From a virus (Duplodnaviria > Caudoviricetes): a stretch of DNA of 64,000 nt. The notes under the pieces are model-generated. The model saw nothing but the letters and a program-made list of their open reading frames with translations, did not search any database and was not told the DNA's origin. The translations under genes were made by a program, and so were the position numbers. This document shows positions 1 through 10,552 of the stretch, in pieces. The stretch is from IMG/VR virus record IMGVR_UViG_3300033066_001296, positions 15,846-79,845 of that record; one strand, given 5' to 3'. How positions within the stretch are numbered: the first letter of the stretch is position 1; every line of letters begins with the position of its first letter.

Positions 1-718
1 CAGTGTCCGTCACTGTGCCAATCTGAGCGAGGAGGCCGCTCGCCGCGCTCACGACGGTGGTGGTGGTGTTGATATGAATGATCGTCCATGCGGTCGGGCG
101 CGCGCCTGCCGACCCGATGCCCCAGGCGTAAGTAAGTGTACCACCATACTTCTCGATCAAGAGCCACAACTGCCCTCCTGTACGATCACCCGAAGGAACC
201 GTCGTCGAGACCGTCGCGTGTGCTCCGTAGGACCCGCCAACGGTGCTGGACGCAATGAGTGTGCCATCGCCAAAAAGAGCAAGAGCGACGTTGTTTGTGG
301 CGTCCACGCCCGCAGCGATGTACGCCTGCCGCTGGCTTCCGCCGTTGCCTGTCACGATCGCGACGCGAGCTGCGAGTGACCAAGAGAGCGGAGATGGTAG
401 AAGTGTTGTATGTCTCACAGCACCAGAACCAGCCCCAGACACATCTACCGTCATCGCAAGCTCGGAGCCATCCCACGTTTCCGTGTGGGTGCCAGATCCC
501 GCAAGTGTAGTCCACCCCGTGCCTGTCATATCCTCCACCGCGATGGAGTCTTGCGATGCATCAATTGCTGCACGCACAGCAGAGGCCCCGCCCATTGCGG
601 TTATGGTCTCTGTAATGTTGTCGGCTTGAGCGATAGGTTCGCCCATTGTTCCGATGTCCGAGAGGTCGCCAAGGCTCGATGCGCCACCGCTCCCGCCACT
701 GTTACCTACGAATGGCAT
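1..718 (-). CDS. Putative distal tail/receptor-binding structural protein (3' end runs off the window)
   Basis: Manually read open frame from ATG at 718 (MPFVGNSGGSGGASSLGDLSDIG...QLWLLIEKYGGTLTYAWGIG...) to window start; G/S/T/A-rich beta-type composition; start overlaps stop of 718..1008; not in the ORF track because it is truncated. Confidence 0.6.
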   Translation of the reverse strand, partial: MPFVGNSGGSGGASSLGDLSDIGTMGEPIAQADNITETITAMGGASAVRAAIDASQDSIAVEDMTGTGWTTLAGSGTHTETWDGSELAMTVDVSGAGSGAVRHTTLLPSPLSWSLAARVAIVTGNGGSQRQAYIAAGVDATNNVALALFGDGTLIASSTVGGSYGAHATVSTTVPSGDRTGGQLWLLIEKYGGTLTYAWGIGSAGARPTAWTIIHINTTTTVVSAASGLLAQIGTVTDT

Positions 719-1008
719 CAGCGTGTCGTTCCTGCCATCACAGTGACGGCCACAGAGCCCGCACTAGCCAGCTTGAGGTAGACCTTCTGGCGTTTGGTGA
801 AGAGCCAAGTAAGACTCTGCGCAATACCGGGGATCAGCTTGCCCGCGTTGTTGATGCCGTCAAACGAAACGTACACAACGTCCGCAGCGGTGCTGGATTC
901 GTTGAGCACAGTAATCTGATCGGTTTCCCATGCAAGCGCCACTTGAGGGCTCGCAAGAGCTGGGTAGCTGGTTGAGTTTACGGTGTGTGTAGTGCATGAA
1001 TCTGGCAT
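718..1008 (-). CDS. Small virion-associated hypothetical protein
   Basis: 96-aa ORF, stop/start coupled to neighbours, beta-strand pattern (DQITVLNES, VYVSFDG, QKVYLK). Confidence 0.55.
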   Translation of the reverse strand: MPDSCTTHTVNSTSYPALASPQVALAWETDQITVLNESSTAADVVYVSFDGINNAGKLIPGIAQSLTWLFTKRQKVYLKLASAGSVAVTVMAGTTR

Positions 1009-1015
1009 TGTTCAA

Positions 1016-2458
1016 TCATCCGTTCGTGAAGAGAAGTGTGGCAGCAACTTCCGCAGCTCCCGCACTAATACCACCTCGACCTTTACCATGCACCGTAATC
1101 TTTTGCCCCTCTGTGACAGATACAGAGTGTGAAAGATCGGAAGCGCTTGTGCCCGAGGCTGCAAGTTCGCAGGTAATTGCGGTGGGGTTACCATCCACAT
1201 AGACCGTAAAGTCTATGCTGGAGGTTCCCGGTCCTGTGAACGCTGTAATGTAGAGCTTGGAGAGCTTGCCTGCTCTTGGTGCGGCAATACTTGGGTATGG
1301 ACCCGAAACAACAGGAGCCGTGCGGGCACCAAAGCCCGGATCGAGGGCCACTTCACTTGCGGATCCGGGCGTATCTTCATTTCCAAAGTAGAGAACACCG
1401 CCACCGGATGTGGAATCTACGTAGCTCTTCGTAGCCGCGTCTGAGGCGTTCGTTGGCGTATCTACGTTGGAAATCTTATAGGGTCCGGGCGTGGCGCTGA
1501 ACTTTCCAGTTGCCCCGTCAATGTTCCAACCCCGATCCGAAGAGTTCGCAAGCAGGTTGATATCTGCGTTGGAAGTCTCGGTCTGGATCGTCAGGTCGCC
1601 ATTCTGTTGTCGGATCTTCGCATCCGAGCCATAGAGCTTGAGGGCACCTTCGTGGTGCCCAAGACTCCCGTCTACAAAGACGTAGTAATCCGAACCGTCA
1701 ATGTAGACGATGTGTCCGATCCTTCGTGCGTACGTGCCTACGGTTACAGAGAGTGCGGCGGCATCTGTGACGTACACTGAGTCAAGTACGGAACCCGCAC
1801 CAAGGCTCAAAGGCCCCACAATTCCCGTCAACTTCGCACGAAAGAGCTCGTTTGCGCTTACGGAGGTGTTGCCTGCAATGTCGTTCATCACGACATAGAG
1901 GGGCTTGTCCATCTCCGCAATGTTGCTGGCTTGCGCCTTCTCGAAGACTGGAACAAGCTCTTCTCCCGGCAAACCGGCTTTGATGGTCGCCATGTCCGTA
2001 ATGACAACTACGTCACCACGAGCAAGGTTTACGTCGGCTTGTCCGGTAATTACGGAAGGATCTGCGAATCCATTATCGAGAATTCGCATGGCTCGGTTCA
2101 AGTCCCGTGCCCAGCCTCTCGAGGTTGACTCCTCGGTGGTCTCCCCCGCTGCGGGAACCCGCATCCCACTCTTCATCTGCTTTACACCGCAGATGACCTT
2201 GTTCACGCTTTCTGTAGCAAGCGTGCGGTTTACCGTGAGTCGAATGAGGTACGTGCCCTCTACATCGGGGGTAAAGGTTGGATTCTCAATCGCAGGATCA
2301 GAAAACGCAGCGGTAGAGCCCTCTGGGCGATCAATCCACTCCCACAGGTACGTAAGCTCTCCTCCGTTGTCGGAGTTTGAGAGTTGCACCAGTGTATCGA
2401 TTGGAAGATCGTTGTTAGAACCAGCAACCGTATTGATTTCAATGAGTGCGCGAGCCAT
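1016..2458 (-). CDS. Tail-associated structural protein with N-terminal PKD/Ig-like domain
   Basis: TYLWEWIDRPEGSTAAFSDPAIENPTFTPDVEGTYLIRLTVN is a PKD-type repeat; internal NVDTPTNASDAATKSYVD tail-fibre-like motif; located distal to baseplate genes. Confidence 0.65.
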   Translation of the reverse strand: MARALIEINTVAGSNNDLPIDTLVQLSNSDNGGELTYLWEWIDRPEGSTAAFSDPAIENPTFTPDVEGTYLIRLTVNRTLATESVNKVICGVKQMKSGMRVPAAGETTEESTSRGWARDLNRAMRILDNGFADPSVITGQADVNLARGDVVVITDMATIKAGLPGEELVPVFEKAQASNIAEMDKPLYVVMNDIAGNTSVSANELFRAKLTGIVGPLSLGAGSVLDSVYVTDAAALSVTVGTYARRIGHIVYIDGSDYYVFVDGSLGHHEGALKLYGSDAKIRQQNGDLTIQTETSNADINLLANSSDRGWNIDGATGKFSATPGPYKISNVDTPTNASDAATKSYVDSTSGGGVLYFGNEDTPGSASEVALDPGFGARTAPVVSGPYPSIAAPRAGKLSKLYITAFTGPGTSSIDFTVYVDGNPTAITCELAASGTSASDLSHSVSVTEGQKITVHGKGRGGISAGAAEVAATLLFTNG

Positions 2459-3687
2459 CAGTTACTCTGGTGATACATAAAGAGGACTTTTTCGGTGTTC
2501 GCAAGTGCGCCGCCCGATGCAGATCGAACTTGTAGCCCGAAGCTAATATAGGGTTGTCCAATTGCAATAAGTGCCGTGTCTGAGAAGTTGGTCCAGCTCG
2601 CACCCGAAGCGTTCAGATTTGTTCTGAGCGTACTGTTTACCAAGCCTCCAAGTGGTTCTGACCAGAACTCCACAATTCTTGCAGTAGACCCCTGTGCATA
2701 TGCTATACCCGTAACGGCTCCGCGACCTACGCCAGAGCCGTTGGAGATCTCGCCACCAAACAGATAACAACTTACGTGGTATGAAGTACCTGCCGTAAGA
2801 ACTTCTGCCGGGTTGAGGGCTGCAAAGATCTTCACACCGCCCGGAACGCTGTAGTTGGCAACTGCATGGGTTCCGAGCCCTCCCACTACACCAGGAACAC
2901 TCAACATGGCTGACGCTGTGAAGCCCCCCTTGGGGAACAGCAAAGGTCTGTGATCTACAATCAGATCTTGTGAAACAGAAGCGAGCGTGCCTGCCGAGTT
3001 ATCGAGGTTGATTCGCCCAATCTTGATGTAACCAGAGGTTGTGGCAGGTTCCGTTGCGGCAGTGATGTCACCTGTTGCCGCAACCCCTTGTTTGTAGGAG
3101 ATCGCAGCGATAGACGAGGCTGGCGATGTAACGTTGCCCGTCAAACCCAGAAGATCCCAAACAAGGCTCTTGTTCCTTGTGGCGGCATCGAAAACGCGCG
3201 TAGCCGTGTTGAAGATACCCACCGTGGCTGCTTCGGTGGCGGTGTACTGAGCTCTCACTTCGATGATATCGATGCGGGAGTCTCCAGAAGCAGGAATTGT
3301 TGGGATTGTGAAACCCTGCGCCGAGGACAGAAGAAGAGGAACGGAAAGACCTCCCGCCCCATCCCAATCTGCACCCGAGCAAGAATCGATGTCCGATGCG
3401 GAAGTTGGGCCTGCAATTGCAAGCCCAAACCCAGGCTTGATGGACACTCCCCAAGGGGTGTTTGCCGCATCCACCTCCACAAAGAACCCTGTTCCGTGGA
3501 ACCCGTACCCACTCAGAAGAGAGTGTCGGTTTGCAAAAGAGCCCGAAAGGGCTGGCTTCGCAAACGTTGCGGAGAGCCCGCTTCGCAACGACTCCAAGAT
3601 GCGCTCTTGCGCACGGTTAAGGTCGGTGCTTGTAGGTCTCTGGCGAAGGGGGACCAGCACCCGCTTGAAGAATTCACTAACAGCCAT
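2458..3687 (-). CDS. Tail fibre/baseplate-associated structural protein
   Basis: 409 aa, G/A/T/S-rich; SRIDIIEVRAQY and GYIKIGRINL segments resemble proximal tail-fibre domains; position after wedge genes. Confidence 0.55.
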   Translation of the reverse strand: MAVSEFFKRVLVPLRQRPTSTDLNRAQERILESLRSGLSATFAKPALSGSFANRHSLLSGYGFHGTGFFVEVDAANTPWGVSIKPGFGLAIAGPTSASDIDSCSGADWDGAGGLSVPLLLSSAQGFTIPTIPASGDSRIDIIEVRAQYTATEAATVGIFNTATRVFDAATRNKSLVWDLLGLTGNVTSPASSIAAISYKQGVAATGDITAATEPATTSGYIKIGRINLDNSAGTLASVSQDLIVDHRPLLFPKGGFTASAMLSVPGVVGGLGTHAVANYSVPGGVKIFAALNPAEVLTAGTSYHVSCYLFGGEISNGSGVGRGAVTGIAYAQGSTARIVEFWSEPLGGLVNSTLRTNLNASGASWTNFSDTALIAIGQPYISFGLQVRSASGGALANTEKVLFMYHQSN

Positions 3688-3690
3688 GAA

Positions 3691-5217
3691 TCAATTCCGT
3701 TTCTGTTGTAGCCCAGCAACAATACCAGCAGCTCGAAGAGATGTCAGCAGATCCCATACAGAATCTAGAAGAGCATCTTGCGCCACATCACGACCATCAA
3801 AGCACAGACCGAGATCCACACCCGTCCCAAACGTAGAGGAATCTACAAGATCATAAGCGGGGATTGCCCGCCTTCCCCCTGAGTTTGGGCTGATGAGCTG
3901 GTCCGCGGTTGTTGCAGGGTCGTCGTAACAACCCCCGTAGTCTTCGATGGGCTCGATCTGGGAGATGTTCACGTAGAACGTGCCCCAAAGCTCCCGCTCA
4001 TCCGAAACCCAATTGATCGCGGGGAACATCGTGGGGCGAGGGTCGTCATACGTGAATACGTTCGAGCCCTCTCCCATGTCGTAAGCGGTCTCGAAGTCCA
4101 AGTCGAAAGGCTCCACAAACTCGAAGGTTGCGCGGTACGGTTCCAACAAGTTCTCGAGTGCCTTGCGAATTGCGACGGGTGTGATGTTCTCTGGAAGGTG
4201 TCGCAGCCTGTATGCAAGCGAGATCGCAGTTTCTCCGTTTGCAGCGGTGATCCCCCGCTCCACAGCAAGGAGCTCAAGCGAAGGGTCGCGACCTCCTGTT
4301 GTGCTTACAAGTTGCCTGACTTTGATGCTCGGATCTCCAAATGGAGGCTCTTCCACAAGCACACGAATGGTATCAATCTCGCCAGGAAGAGTAATTCCAC
4401 CATTTGTAACGACAGTTCCAGTAACGTTGTGTTGGTAGTTCTGGAATAGAGATCGTACGTTTGCGGATACGGGACCAAGATCCAGGGCTCCAAACACTGC
4501 ATCATTGAGCGTACGGAAGAACCTTCCACCTTCTGCTTGTACGATGGTGCCTGCCTTTACAGTAACAGCACCATGTGCCGCAGTGCGGTAGAACTCCACA
4601 ACACCTTCCGCAAAGCTCCCAAGCTGTGCGTAGGTGATGAAAGATCCCTCCGCAGTGTTCTTGATGGCCTCGGATGCCCTTGCATTGATCTTCGCAAATG
4701 CTTGCAGAAGCTCGTAACCCTCCCCTGCTTGTAGACCTTTCACATATTCAGGATCGAGAACCCTCTCTGCAAGTCTCAGATAGTAGGTCTGATCGTGCGC
4801 AGTGAATCCTGAATCGCTGTTAGGTGGAGGAGCGCCCGCTGCAAATTGTGGAATTGCAGTTGTAGGTGTTTCTACGATGGGGTTTTGTAGAGCATAGGAC
4901 CAGTTTTGCGAGAGCTCTTCCGCAGATGTGTTGATCTGGTAGGCGTAAAGCTGCGGAGAGTCTGGCCAGACTGGATCTCTCAAAACGTTGAAACGAAAGC
5001 CGCCTGTAATGGCAGTTCTGGAAGACCTTCCGGCGTACCTCTCCGTAAAGGCTGAGCCGTCGTACACGACCTCTTCAAACTGAAGACCAGGGAATCTGGC
5101 AAACAGCATTGTGCGTTGAAGTGACGGAGAGGATGTCACCTCGTAGGACAGCACTTGAGTGCTCGGAATCGTTGTCGAAGCAGTGGGCGCGACGTTCGCA
5201 ATAACTGGAACTGCCAT
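3691..5217 (-). CDS. Baseplate wedge protein (baseplate J-related domain)
   Basis: Likely start MAVPVIANV at 5217, overlapping the stop of the baseplate J gene; VTVKAGTIVQAEGGRFFRTLNDAVF and TTGGRDP...ETAISLAYRL resemble J-like wedge motifs. Confidence 0.6.
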   Translation of the reverse strand: MAVPVIANVAPTASTTIPSTQVLSYEVTSSPSLQRTMLFARFPGLQFEEVVYDGSAFTERYAGRSSRTAITGGFRFNVLRDPVWPDSPQLYAYQINTSAEELSQNWSYALQNPIVETPTTAIPQFAAGAPPPNSDSGFTAHDQTYYLRLAERVLDPEYVKGLQAGEGYELLQAFAKINARASEAIKNTAEGSFITYAQLGSFAEGVVEFYRTAAHGAVTVKAGTIVQAEGGRFFRTLNDAVFGALDLGPVSANVRSLFQNYQHNVTGTVVTNGGITLPGEIDTIRVLVEEPPFGDPSIKVRQLVSTTGGRDPSLELLAVERGITAANGETAISLAYRLRHLPENITPVAIRKALENLLEPYRATFEFVEPFDLDFETAYDMGEGSNVFTYDDPRPTMFPAINWVSDERELWGTFYVNISQIEPIEDYGGCYDDPATTADQLISPNSGGRRAIPAYDLVDSSTFGTGVDLGLCFDGRDVAQDALLDSVWDLLTSLRAAGIVAGLQQKRN

Positions 5218-6368
5218 CAGACAACTCGTGTGAAGGTAGTAGAAGTGCGAATCACTTCGCCGGGAAGAGGCACCACATCGCCCGTGGGCGAGGCAAGCTC
5301 GTTGCCCGTGTAGTAAACACCCGATGTCGATTGGATAAGAGACCGAATTACGGAAGCTTGGAGCGTCTGTCCGGGCCTCAAAGAGTTTACATACTGAATC
5401 ACACGAGCCAGCACAACGGTTTTTACTGCATCCTGATCCGCACCCGATAGGTACGCAAGGCTGATCTGGATGCTCTGGATGACGACCGTTCCGAATACAA
5501 TCTGGGCACCGACACCCGCGGATCTCCACTCTTCCAACGTGGATTCGATCTGAGTCGCAATGTTTGCGCGTTGTGCTACGTAGGAAGCTGGGAGCGTAGT
5601 TGCAGTAACAAACTGCTCTGTGTAGCTATCCGCAACTACAATCTGCACATAGCCAATCGGTCTGCCTAGTGTGTCGAGGTTCTCGAACACGTTACACTTC
5701 ACAATGCCTGGGATTGAAAGCACAGCCTGCTCAATCGCAGACTTCGTGGCTCTACGCTGCGAGAGGAAGTACCCTCTCGACCTTGTAACATAATCTGTGT
5801 CGCTCTCGCGGTCCTCTCCTCCGAACGTAGCTGCGGTGTTTGAAACCGTCATTCCAGAGGTGGGGGCACCTGTGATCGCTGCGAGGAGTGAGTTGATCGC
5901 ACCGGGCTTGGCCTTTTGCTGAGCCCCTGCGAGCACAGACCGTACAGGTACGGAGATGGACGTTGTGCCGATTGCAACGGATGCTGCGCCCACTGTGATG
6001 AACTGTACGCCGTCCGCAGTTGATAGCTGAGTTCCATCAGGAATGGTGAACGCTGATGCAACCGCGGGAGAGAAACTGAATGTTACATATCCGAAGCTAG
6101 GCGCAGCTTGTTTGCGCACAAACCCAGGGTAACGATCCAAAATCAGCCGATCCAGAGCATCGTTACGTGCTGTACCAGAAAAGATATCCGCCTTGAACTG
6201 AGCGAGTTGCCCCATTGTGTCATCCGACATTGCAGCGGAAGCAGCAATGAGGATGTTCAGATCAGAGCCCTTGCGCTCAATCTCTTCCAGCGTAAGACGA
6301 TCGTTACGGGAAAGCGCCTCGTCTCTCCCAACACGCCACAAATCTGAAAAGTTTGGAAGGTCGCTCAT
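5217..6368 (-). CDS. Baseplate J-like protein (P2 gpJ/Mu gp47 family)
   Basis: ARNDALDRL...RKQAAPSFGYVTF...IPDGTQLST...FGGEDRESDTDYVTR...ATKSAIEQAVLSIPGI motif series. Confidence 0.9.
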   Translation of the reverse strand: MSDLPNFSDLWRVGRDEALSRNDRLTLEEIERKGSDLNILIAASAAMSDDTMGQLAQFKADIFSGTARNDALDRLILDRYPGFVRKQAAPSFGYVTFSFSPAVASAFTIPDGTQLSTADGVQFITVGAASVAIGTTSISVPVRSVLAGAQQKAKPGAINSLLAAITGAPTSGMTVSNTAATFGGEDRESDTDYVTRSRGYFLSQRRATKSAIEQAVLSIPGIVKCNVFENLDTLGRPIGYVQIVVADSYTEQFVTATTLPASYVAQRANIATQIESTLEEWRSAGVGAQIVFGTVVIQSIQISLAYLSGADQDAVKTVVLARVIQYVNSLRPGQTLQASVIRSLIQSTSGVYYTGNELASPTGDVVPLPGEVIRTSTTFTRVV

Positions 6369-7132
6369 CTGTTGCTTGCTCCGAGAGATACTTCGGTTTC
6401 CCCAGAGTCCGTTTGGATCCTGGCTTTGATCGTCAATATTCCGCCAGCGAGGGTAAGGTTTGCAACTGCGCCCGTTACTCCAGGCTCTTTTCTGATCTCT
6501 TCCTCGATTGAGACCTTGAGGGAAGAGAGGGTGCTGATGCGAAGGGGCTCTTTGATCTTCAGATCTTGTCCAAAGTCCGAAGGTGCAATGTGAAAGTAGG
6601 CACCGGGCATTGTGACCAGACGACGGATGACCATCTTACGGATCAGATCGTCACCGTACACGCGCACATAACCGCCCGCTTCGTTCGTTTTCAGACTTCC
6701 TCCGACAATCTCAGTCGAGGCAAGATCGAACGGGCGATAGCGATCCACGATGGCTTCTGCGGGCAACACTCCTCGGAACTCCGCATAGTACGGTGCGGAG
6801 ATCAGAAGTCCGGTGGAAGATCTCAGCTCGGTAGCTGTAACTCTGTGCAGGTAGTTTACGCTGCTAAGGGGTGTTCTTAGAAAGAGCTGAAACCTGCGAT
6901 CTGTAACTTGGAGAACTCCAACCACAGTGTAGGTAAGCCCTCCTGTAACGCGAGTCACAGCCCATGAACGAGGGTTGAGCGCATCCCCAGGTGCGAGAGG
7001 CGAAACAGCCCGCACCGTAGTTGAGGCGGTTACAAGTACGGAGTGTGTTGTAACAGCCGTTGCAGTTTGTAGGTAGAGCGAAGGATCTACCCCGAAGTAG
7101 TCGAGACCCCATGCCCCAATGCCATAGGTCAT
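6365..7132 (-). CDS. Baseplate wedge protein, gp25/gpW-like C-terminal domain with N-terminal Ig-like region
   Basis: C-terminal DDLIRKMVIRRLVTMPGAYFH...DFGQDL...SIEEEIRKEPGV fits a gp25-like fold; immediately upstream of baseplate J. Confidence 0.65.
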   Translation of the reverse strand: MTYGIGAWGLDYFGVDPSLYLQTATAVTTHSVLVTASTTVRAVSPLAPGDALNPRSWAVTRVTGGLTYTVVGVLQVTDRRFQLFLRTPLSSVNYLHRVTATELRSSTGLLISAPYYAEFRGVLPAEAIVDRYRPFDLASTEIVGGSLKTNEAGGYVRVYGDDLIRKMVIRRLVTMPGAYFHIAPSDFGQDLKIKEPLRISTLSSLKVSIEEEIRKEPGVTGAVANLTLAGGILTIKARIQTDSGETEVSLGASNR

Positions 7133-7353
7133 GTAATTGTTCCAGTTCCGGGTCCAGAAATCCCAACACCGGGCGTTACTGCCGACACAGAGGCGACTAC
7201 AACCTGAGCATTTGCTTGGAAGTATTGGACGATGGAGTTACCCAACGCTCGAAAGATGGCCTGCCGCTGAGCCTCGCCTGCAACGAGGCTTGTTGCAACC
7301 GCCGCGTCCACGTTGAGCTTGATAAAATCCCCCAGATCGTTACCGTTAAGCAT
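7129..7353 (-). CDS. Small baseplate/spike-associated protein
   Basis: 74 aa ending SAVTPGVGISGPGTGTIT; coupled to neighbours; position near spike gene. Confidence 0.5.
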   Translation of the reverse strand: MLNGNDLGDFIKLNVDAAVATSLVAGEAQRQAIFRALGNSIVQYFQANAQVVVASVSAVTPGVGISGPGTGTIT

Positions 7354-7945
7354 TAGTCACCTGCTCCAACTCAAATCCCCATCTCTTTTTAGCGGACCTG
7401 TAACCAGTCTCCTTCTTATTGATCGAATGTTGCCTAATTGGACCTCCTACACTCTTCCATTTTTTACCCATAACAATGTCCGATATTGTTGAGGAGTGTA
7501 CCATGAACTCAGAAGCCAAACTGTTCTGCAACTCTCCGCGGTTTGCGCGTTCTCTGATTGCAACAACATCTGTTGCTTTTAGTTTGCTGTGATTGGACTC
7601 TCCTCTCGGACGCGAGAGCGGTTTTGTTCTAGCGCCACTGAAATCTCCACAGGCTGTTCGACCTCTGACATTTCTGTCCGTCATGTTGTCTTTGTGAAGA
7701 CCGACGTAAAGATGTTCTGGGTTACAGCAAGGAGGATTGTCACACTTGTGGAGAACCATAAACCCGGTTAGAGATTTACTCAGGTGAATCTCATAGAAAA
7801 CTCTATGTACCAGCTTGCATGAGCCTTTAACTCCTATTACACCATAACCCTTTTTGTTTTTGGCTCCAGACCAGATCCAACACTCAGTAGTTTTGTCCAA
7901 TTTCGCCAAAATACGATCCTTTAGGTCCATATCTGACTTTAACAC
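7346..7945 (-). CDS. HNH homing endonuclease
   Basis: ECWIWSGAKNKKGYG...VHRVFYE...VLHKCDNPPCCNPEHL...HKDNMTD HNH motif plus C-terminal SKLKATDVVAIR DNA-binding helix. Confidence 0.92.
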   Translation of the reverse strand: MLKSDMDLKDRILAKLDKTTECWIWSGAKNKKGYGVIGVKGSCKLVHRVFYEIHLSKSLTGFMVLHKCDNPPCCNPEHLYVGLHKDNMTDRNVRGRTACGDFSGARTKPLSRPRGESNHSKLKATDVVAIRERANRGELQNSLASEFMVHSSTISDIVMGKKWKSVGGPIRQHSINKKETGYRSAKKRWGFELEQVTNA

Positions 7946-7961
7946 AGCCTTGTAGGGTCAA

Positions 7962-8597
7962 TCAACTTTTCCTGGCAAAAACTTTACTGGATGTACTTCC
8001 AAGTGTCGTAAAAGTCATACCAGTAAATGTGTCGATACCAGAACCATGCACGATACCATCGTTGATTCCATGTGAATCTGATCCAAGGTTCACAGATCCA
8101 GAGTTCACGATAAGGTTGCAGTTCCCTGCACCCTCAACCTTGATATCAACATTCGCACCTGCGGAAACCACGATCGTGGTTTTTGTTCCTGGCTTCGCAC
8201 GAAGGATGACCTCTTCCTTCGGGCGGTACATTCCAGGCGCACCTTCTACTGGTGTTGTGCTTTGGAAGTCTGCATGAGGCTTATCTCCAGAGTTCCAACC
8301 ACGAGAGATGACCCACGCACCTGCATCCGTGTCTCCATCAGGAATGGCAACAAGGACAAGATCGTCCTCTTGAATGGGTGCATGGAATCCAAAGCCATCT
8401 CCGGCGTAGCCAGTTCCGACGAATGCAGTCACGGTTTGTTGCTCTGGAAGCAGCGATACGTCTGCAAAGATCCCCTCATCAGGGTCCGCAACAACAGCGT
8501 CCACATGCGCAAGTTTGATCCAGTATCGGGTGTCAACCCCCGGCCCCCGTACAAACTCCCGAACGTTTGATGGGTTTGCTTTTCTACCCATTACCAC
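7962..8597 (-). CDS. Baseplate central spike (gpV/gp5 OB-fold type)
   Basis: OB-fold-like GFHAPIQEDDLVLVAIPDGDTDAGAWVI followed by beta-helix-like repeats; downstream of hub gene. Confidence 0.75.
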   Translation of the reverse strand: MVMGRKANPSNVREFVRGPGVDTRYWIKLAHVDAVVADPDEGIFADVSLLPEQQTVTAFVGTGYAGDGFGFHAPIQEDDLVLVAIPDGDTDAGAWVISRGWNSGDKPHADFQSTTPVEGAPGMYRPKEEVILRAKPGTKTTIVVSAGANVDIKVEGAGNCNLIVNSGSVNLGSDSHGINDGIVHGSGIDTFTGMTFTTLGSTSSKVFARKS

Positions 8598-10552
8598 CTC
8601 TGTCCAACGCGACGATAAATGTTCCCCATGTAATCTTCAACCGAACCATCCTCACGATTTACGATCGCATCCGCATGTGTTTGAAGATTTTCTCCAGTTT
8701 CTTCAGGGCGTGAAGGCATCGCAGACCTTTCAGGTTGTACAGCCTGTTGAACTTGCTGTGTAGCGTGCCGTCCTCGCGCGTGATCCACGGGGTGATTCCT
8801 CCGAGCCTCTGCTTGACGTTCGCTGGCATTCTGATCCCAACGTGGTGTGAAGTAGTTCTGGATGTCTGCCTTGACCTCAATGGAATCATTGCTCCAATCA
8901 AAGTCAACGCTACCTACTCTGAAGTAGCGTAGCACGCCCATGATGTTACCCCGTGCAGATGCAACGATTGCTCTGCATAGGTTCTCATCGGAGAGGTAGC
9001 GCTGCACCTGTCGCACCGCTTCGGAGAATGGAAGTTGTGCAGTCTGGTTTAGTGTAGAAACAATTGGACTCTGAACCTGAAGACGAGAGGCATCCACAAG
9101 GAGCTCAAGCGCATCTCCAACTCTCAGTCGAAGAAGGTCTGGATCAGCATTCGTTCCTCCGAACGAAGTAAGCTTGGTGGTCGAGATCGAGCCCTTCATC
9201 TCGAGCCTTCCGAGCTGTTCGTAGAAGCTTCTTGCGATGTCTGTAAGTTGCTGAATGTCTCGAACCCCGTGAACGGGAATGTTCAAAATCTCCTGAGACT
9301 CTTCACCACCCACTGCATTGCGTGGGTCTTTGGCACCCTCTCGGCGTGCTTCTCGCACCGTACGCGGAGGCCACGAAGCCTCAAGGAGCTGCTCCCTTCC
9401 CCGCCGTCCTGTGCCTGCGGAGGGGTCCACAGAGATGCATCGGACGGTCTTTGGCTTGTTGTGCCCCGCATACTTTCGTCCAAGGTCCATGGACTCAATG
9501 TCGCGACCCCAAACCATACGTCGAACATTCCAAGTTTCGGTTCCATTCGTTCTACTTTCGTTAGGACGGAAAGGTGTTTCGATGTTCCTTAGACGATCAA
9601 ATAGGGCATATCCTGGTCTGATGATCAGTTTACGACCGACAAACGTTGGAATGCCCCCTACAAGATACACGTAACGTGTTATCGCATCCCAAAAGTTCAT
9701 GTTTGAGTGTGCACCACCTCCACCACCACCTTGACCATTTGCACCTCTGCGATGTCGAGGGATGTGAGATCCTTTTCCGGGCGAAGGAACAATCCCATTT
9801 GGCCACTCCGCGGGATAGATCACCACAGTTGGTCTGAGTTCAACCGGAAGTCTACGAATCGTGTCGTGCTCGTAGAGGAGCTGCTCGACCACCTTGTTGA
9901 TCGGAACGTCCGTGATCAGACGATCCAGAATGTGAGTTCTGCGACGACGTGCGGGCGTGTTCGAGGTGTGAGCTGCACCAGTTTGCGGGGTTGTTGAGTG
10001 CGCAGTTCTCTGAGGACGTGCGGTATCTCGCTCCGAAACGAGCGGAGAGTCCAAGAGGATTCCACGAAGGTCTCTGCCCTCAAGATGCACCTCAGAAGCA
10101 CCTTCGTTGTGCTTCACGGACCAGTCATCCACCGGACCAATCATGACAAGGAATTCCTCGTTCATGGTCCCATCAGCCTTACGAGTCTGGAGAATGCTCC
10201 GACGAACACCGGGCCTTACTTCTCGGTTCATCCCATCCGCAAAGTCTGCTGCGGAGACTGTGCCGATGTAGATCTCGGCAGTTGCAGCGACTACGGTACG
10301 AGGATCAATAGGCAATTCGCGGTAGTCAAACACCAGCTTGTAGGTCGCCGCTTGGGTGTGACCCTGTAGCTGGATGTTGCACTTCACTGGAACCCTGTTG
10401 AGGATGAATGCTCCCGAGTTCTGCGTGCGAACGAGGTTCTGGTTCTCAAAGCCATGAGCCTCTTCTGCACGGATGTACAGTTTAGGATCGATCGTGAGCT
10501 GAAGGTTCACAATACAAGACGGATACTGAACTAGCTCTGAATTTCCTGGCAT
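8591..10552 (-). CDS. Baseplate hub protein (gp27/gp44-like)
   Basis: ~650 aa between LysM protein and spike; GPVDDWSV...VHLEGRDLRGILLD and LRLRVGDALEL...YFRVGSVDFDW...IEVKAD motifs; start at 10552 or 10567. Confidence 0.7.
   Translation of the reverse strand: MPGNSELVQYPSCIVNLQLTIDPKLYIRAEEAHGFENQNLVRTQNSGAFILNRVPVKCNIQLQGHTQAATYKLVFDYRELPIDPRTVVAATAEIYIGTVSAADFADGMNREVRPGVRRSILQTRKADGTMNEEFLVMIGPVDDWSVKHNEGASEVHLEGRDLRGILLDSPLVSERDTARPQRTAHSTTPQTGAAHTSNTPARRRRTHILDRLITDVPINKVVEQLLYEHDTIRRLPVELRPTVVIYPAEWPNGIVPSPGKGSHIPRHRRGANGQGGGGGGAHSNMNFWDAITRYVYLVGGIPTFVGRKLIIRPGYALFDRLRNIETPFRPNESRTNGTETWNVRRMVWGRDIESMDLGRKYAGHNKPKTVRCISVDPSAGTGRRGREQLLEASWPPRTVREARREGAKDPRNAVGGEESQEILNIPVHGVRDIQQLTDIARSFYEQLGRLEMKGSISTTKLTSFGGTNADPDLLRLRVGDALELLVDASRLQVQSPIVSTLNQTAQLPFSEAVRQVQRYLSDENLCRAIVASARGNIMGVLRYFRVGSVDFDWSNDSIEVKADIQNYFTPRWDQNASERQAEARRNHPVDHARGRHATQQVQQAVQPERSAMPSRPEETGENLQTHADAIVNREDGSVEDYMGNIYRRVGQRW

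Noticed and set aside
5218-5529. N-terminal extension of the 3691..5529 ORF
   Set aside because: Overlaps the baseplate J gene; the coupled ATG at 5217 is the plausible start
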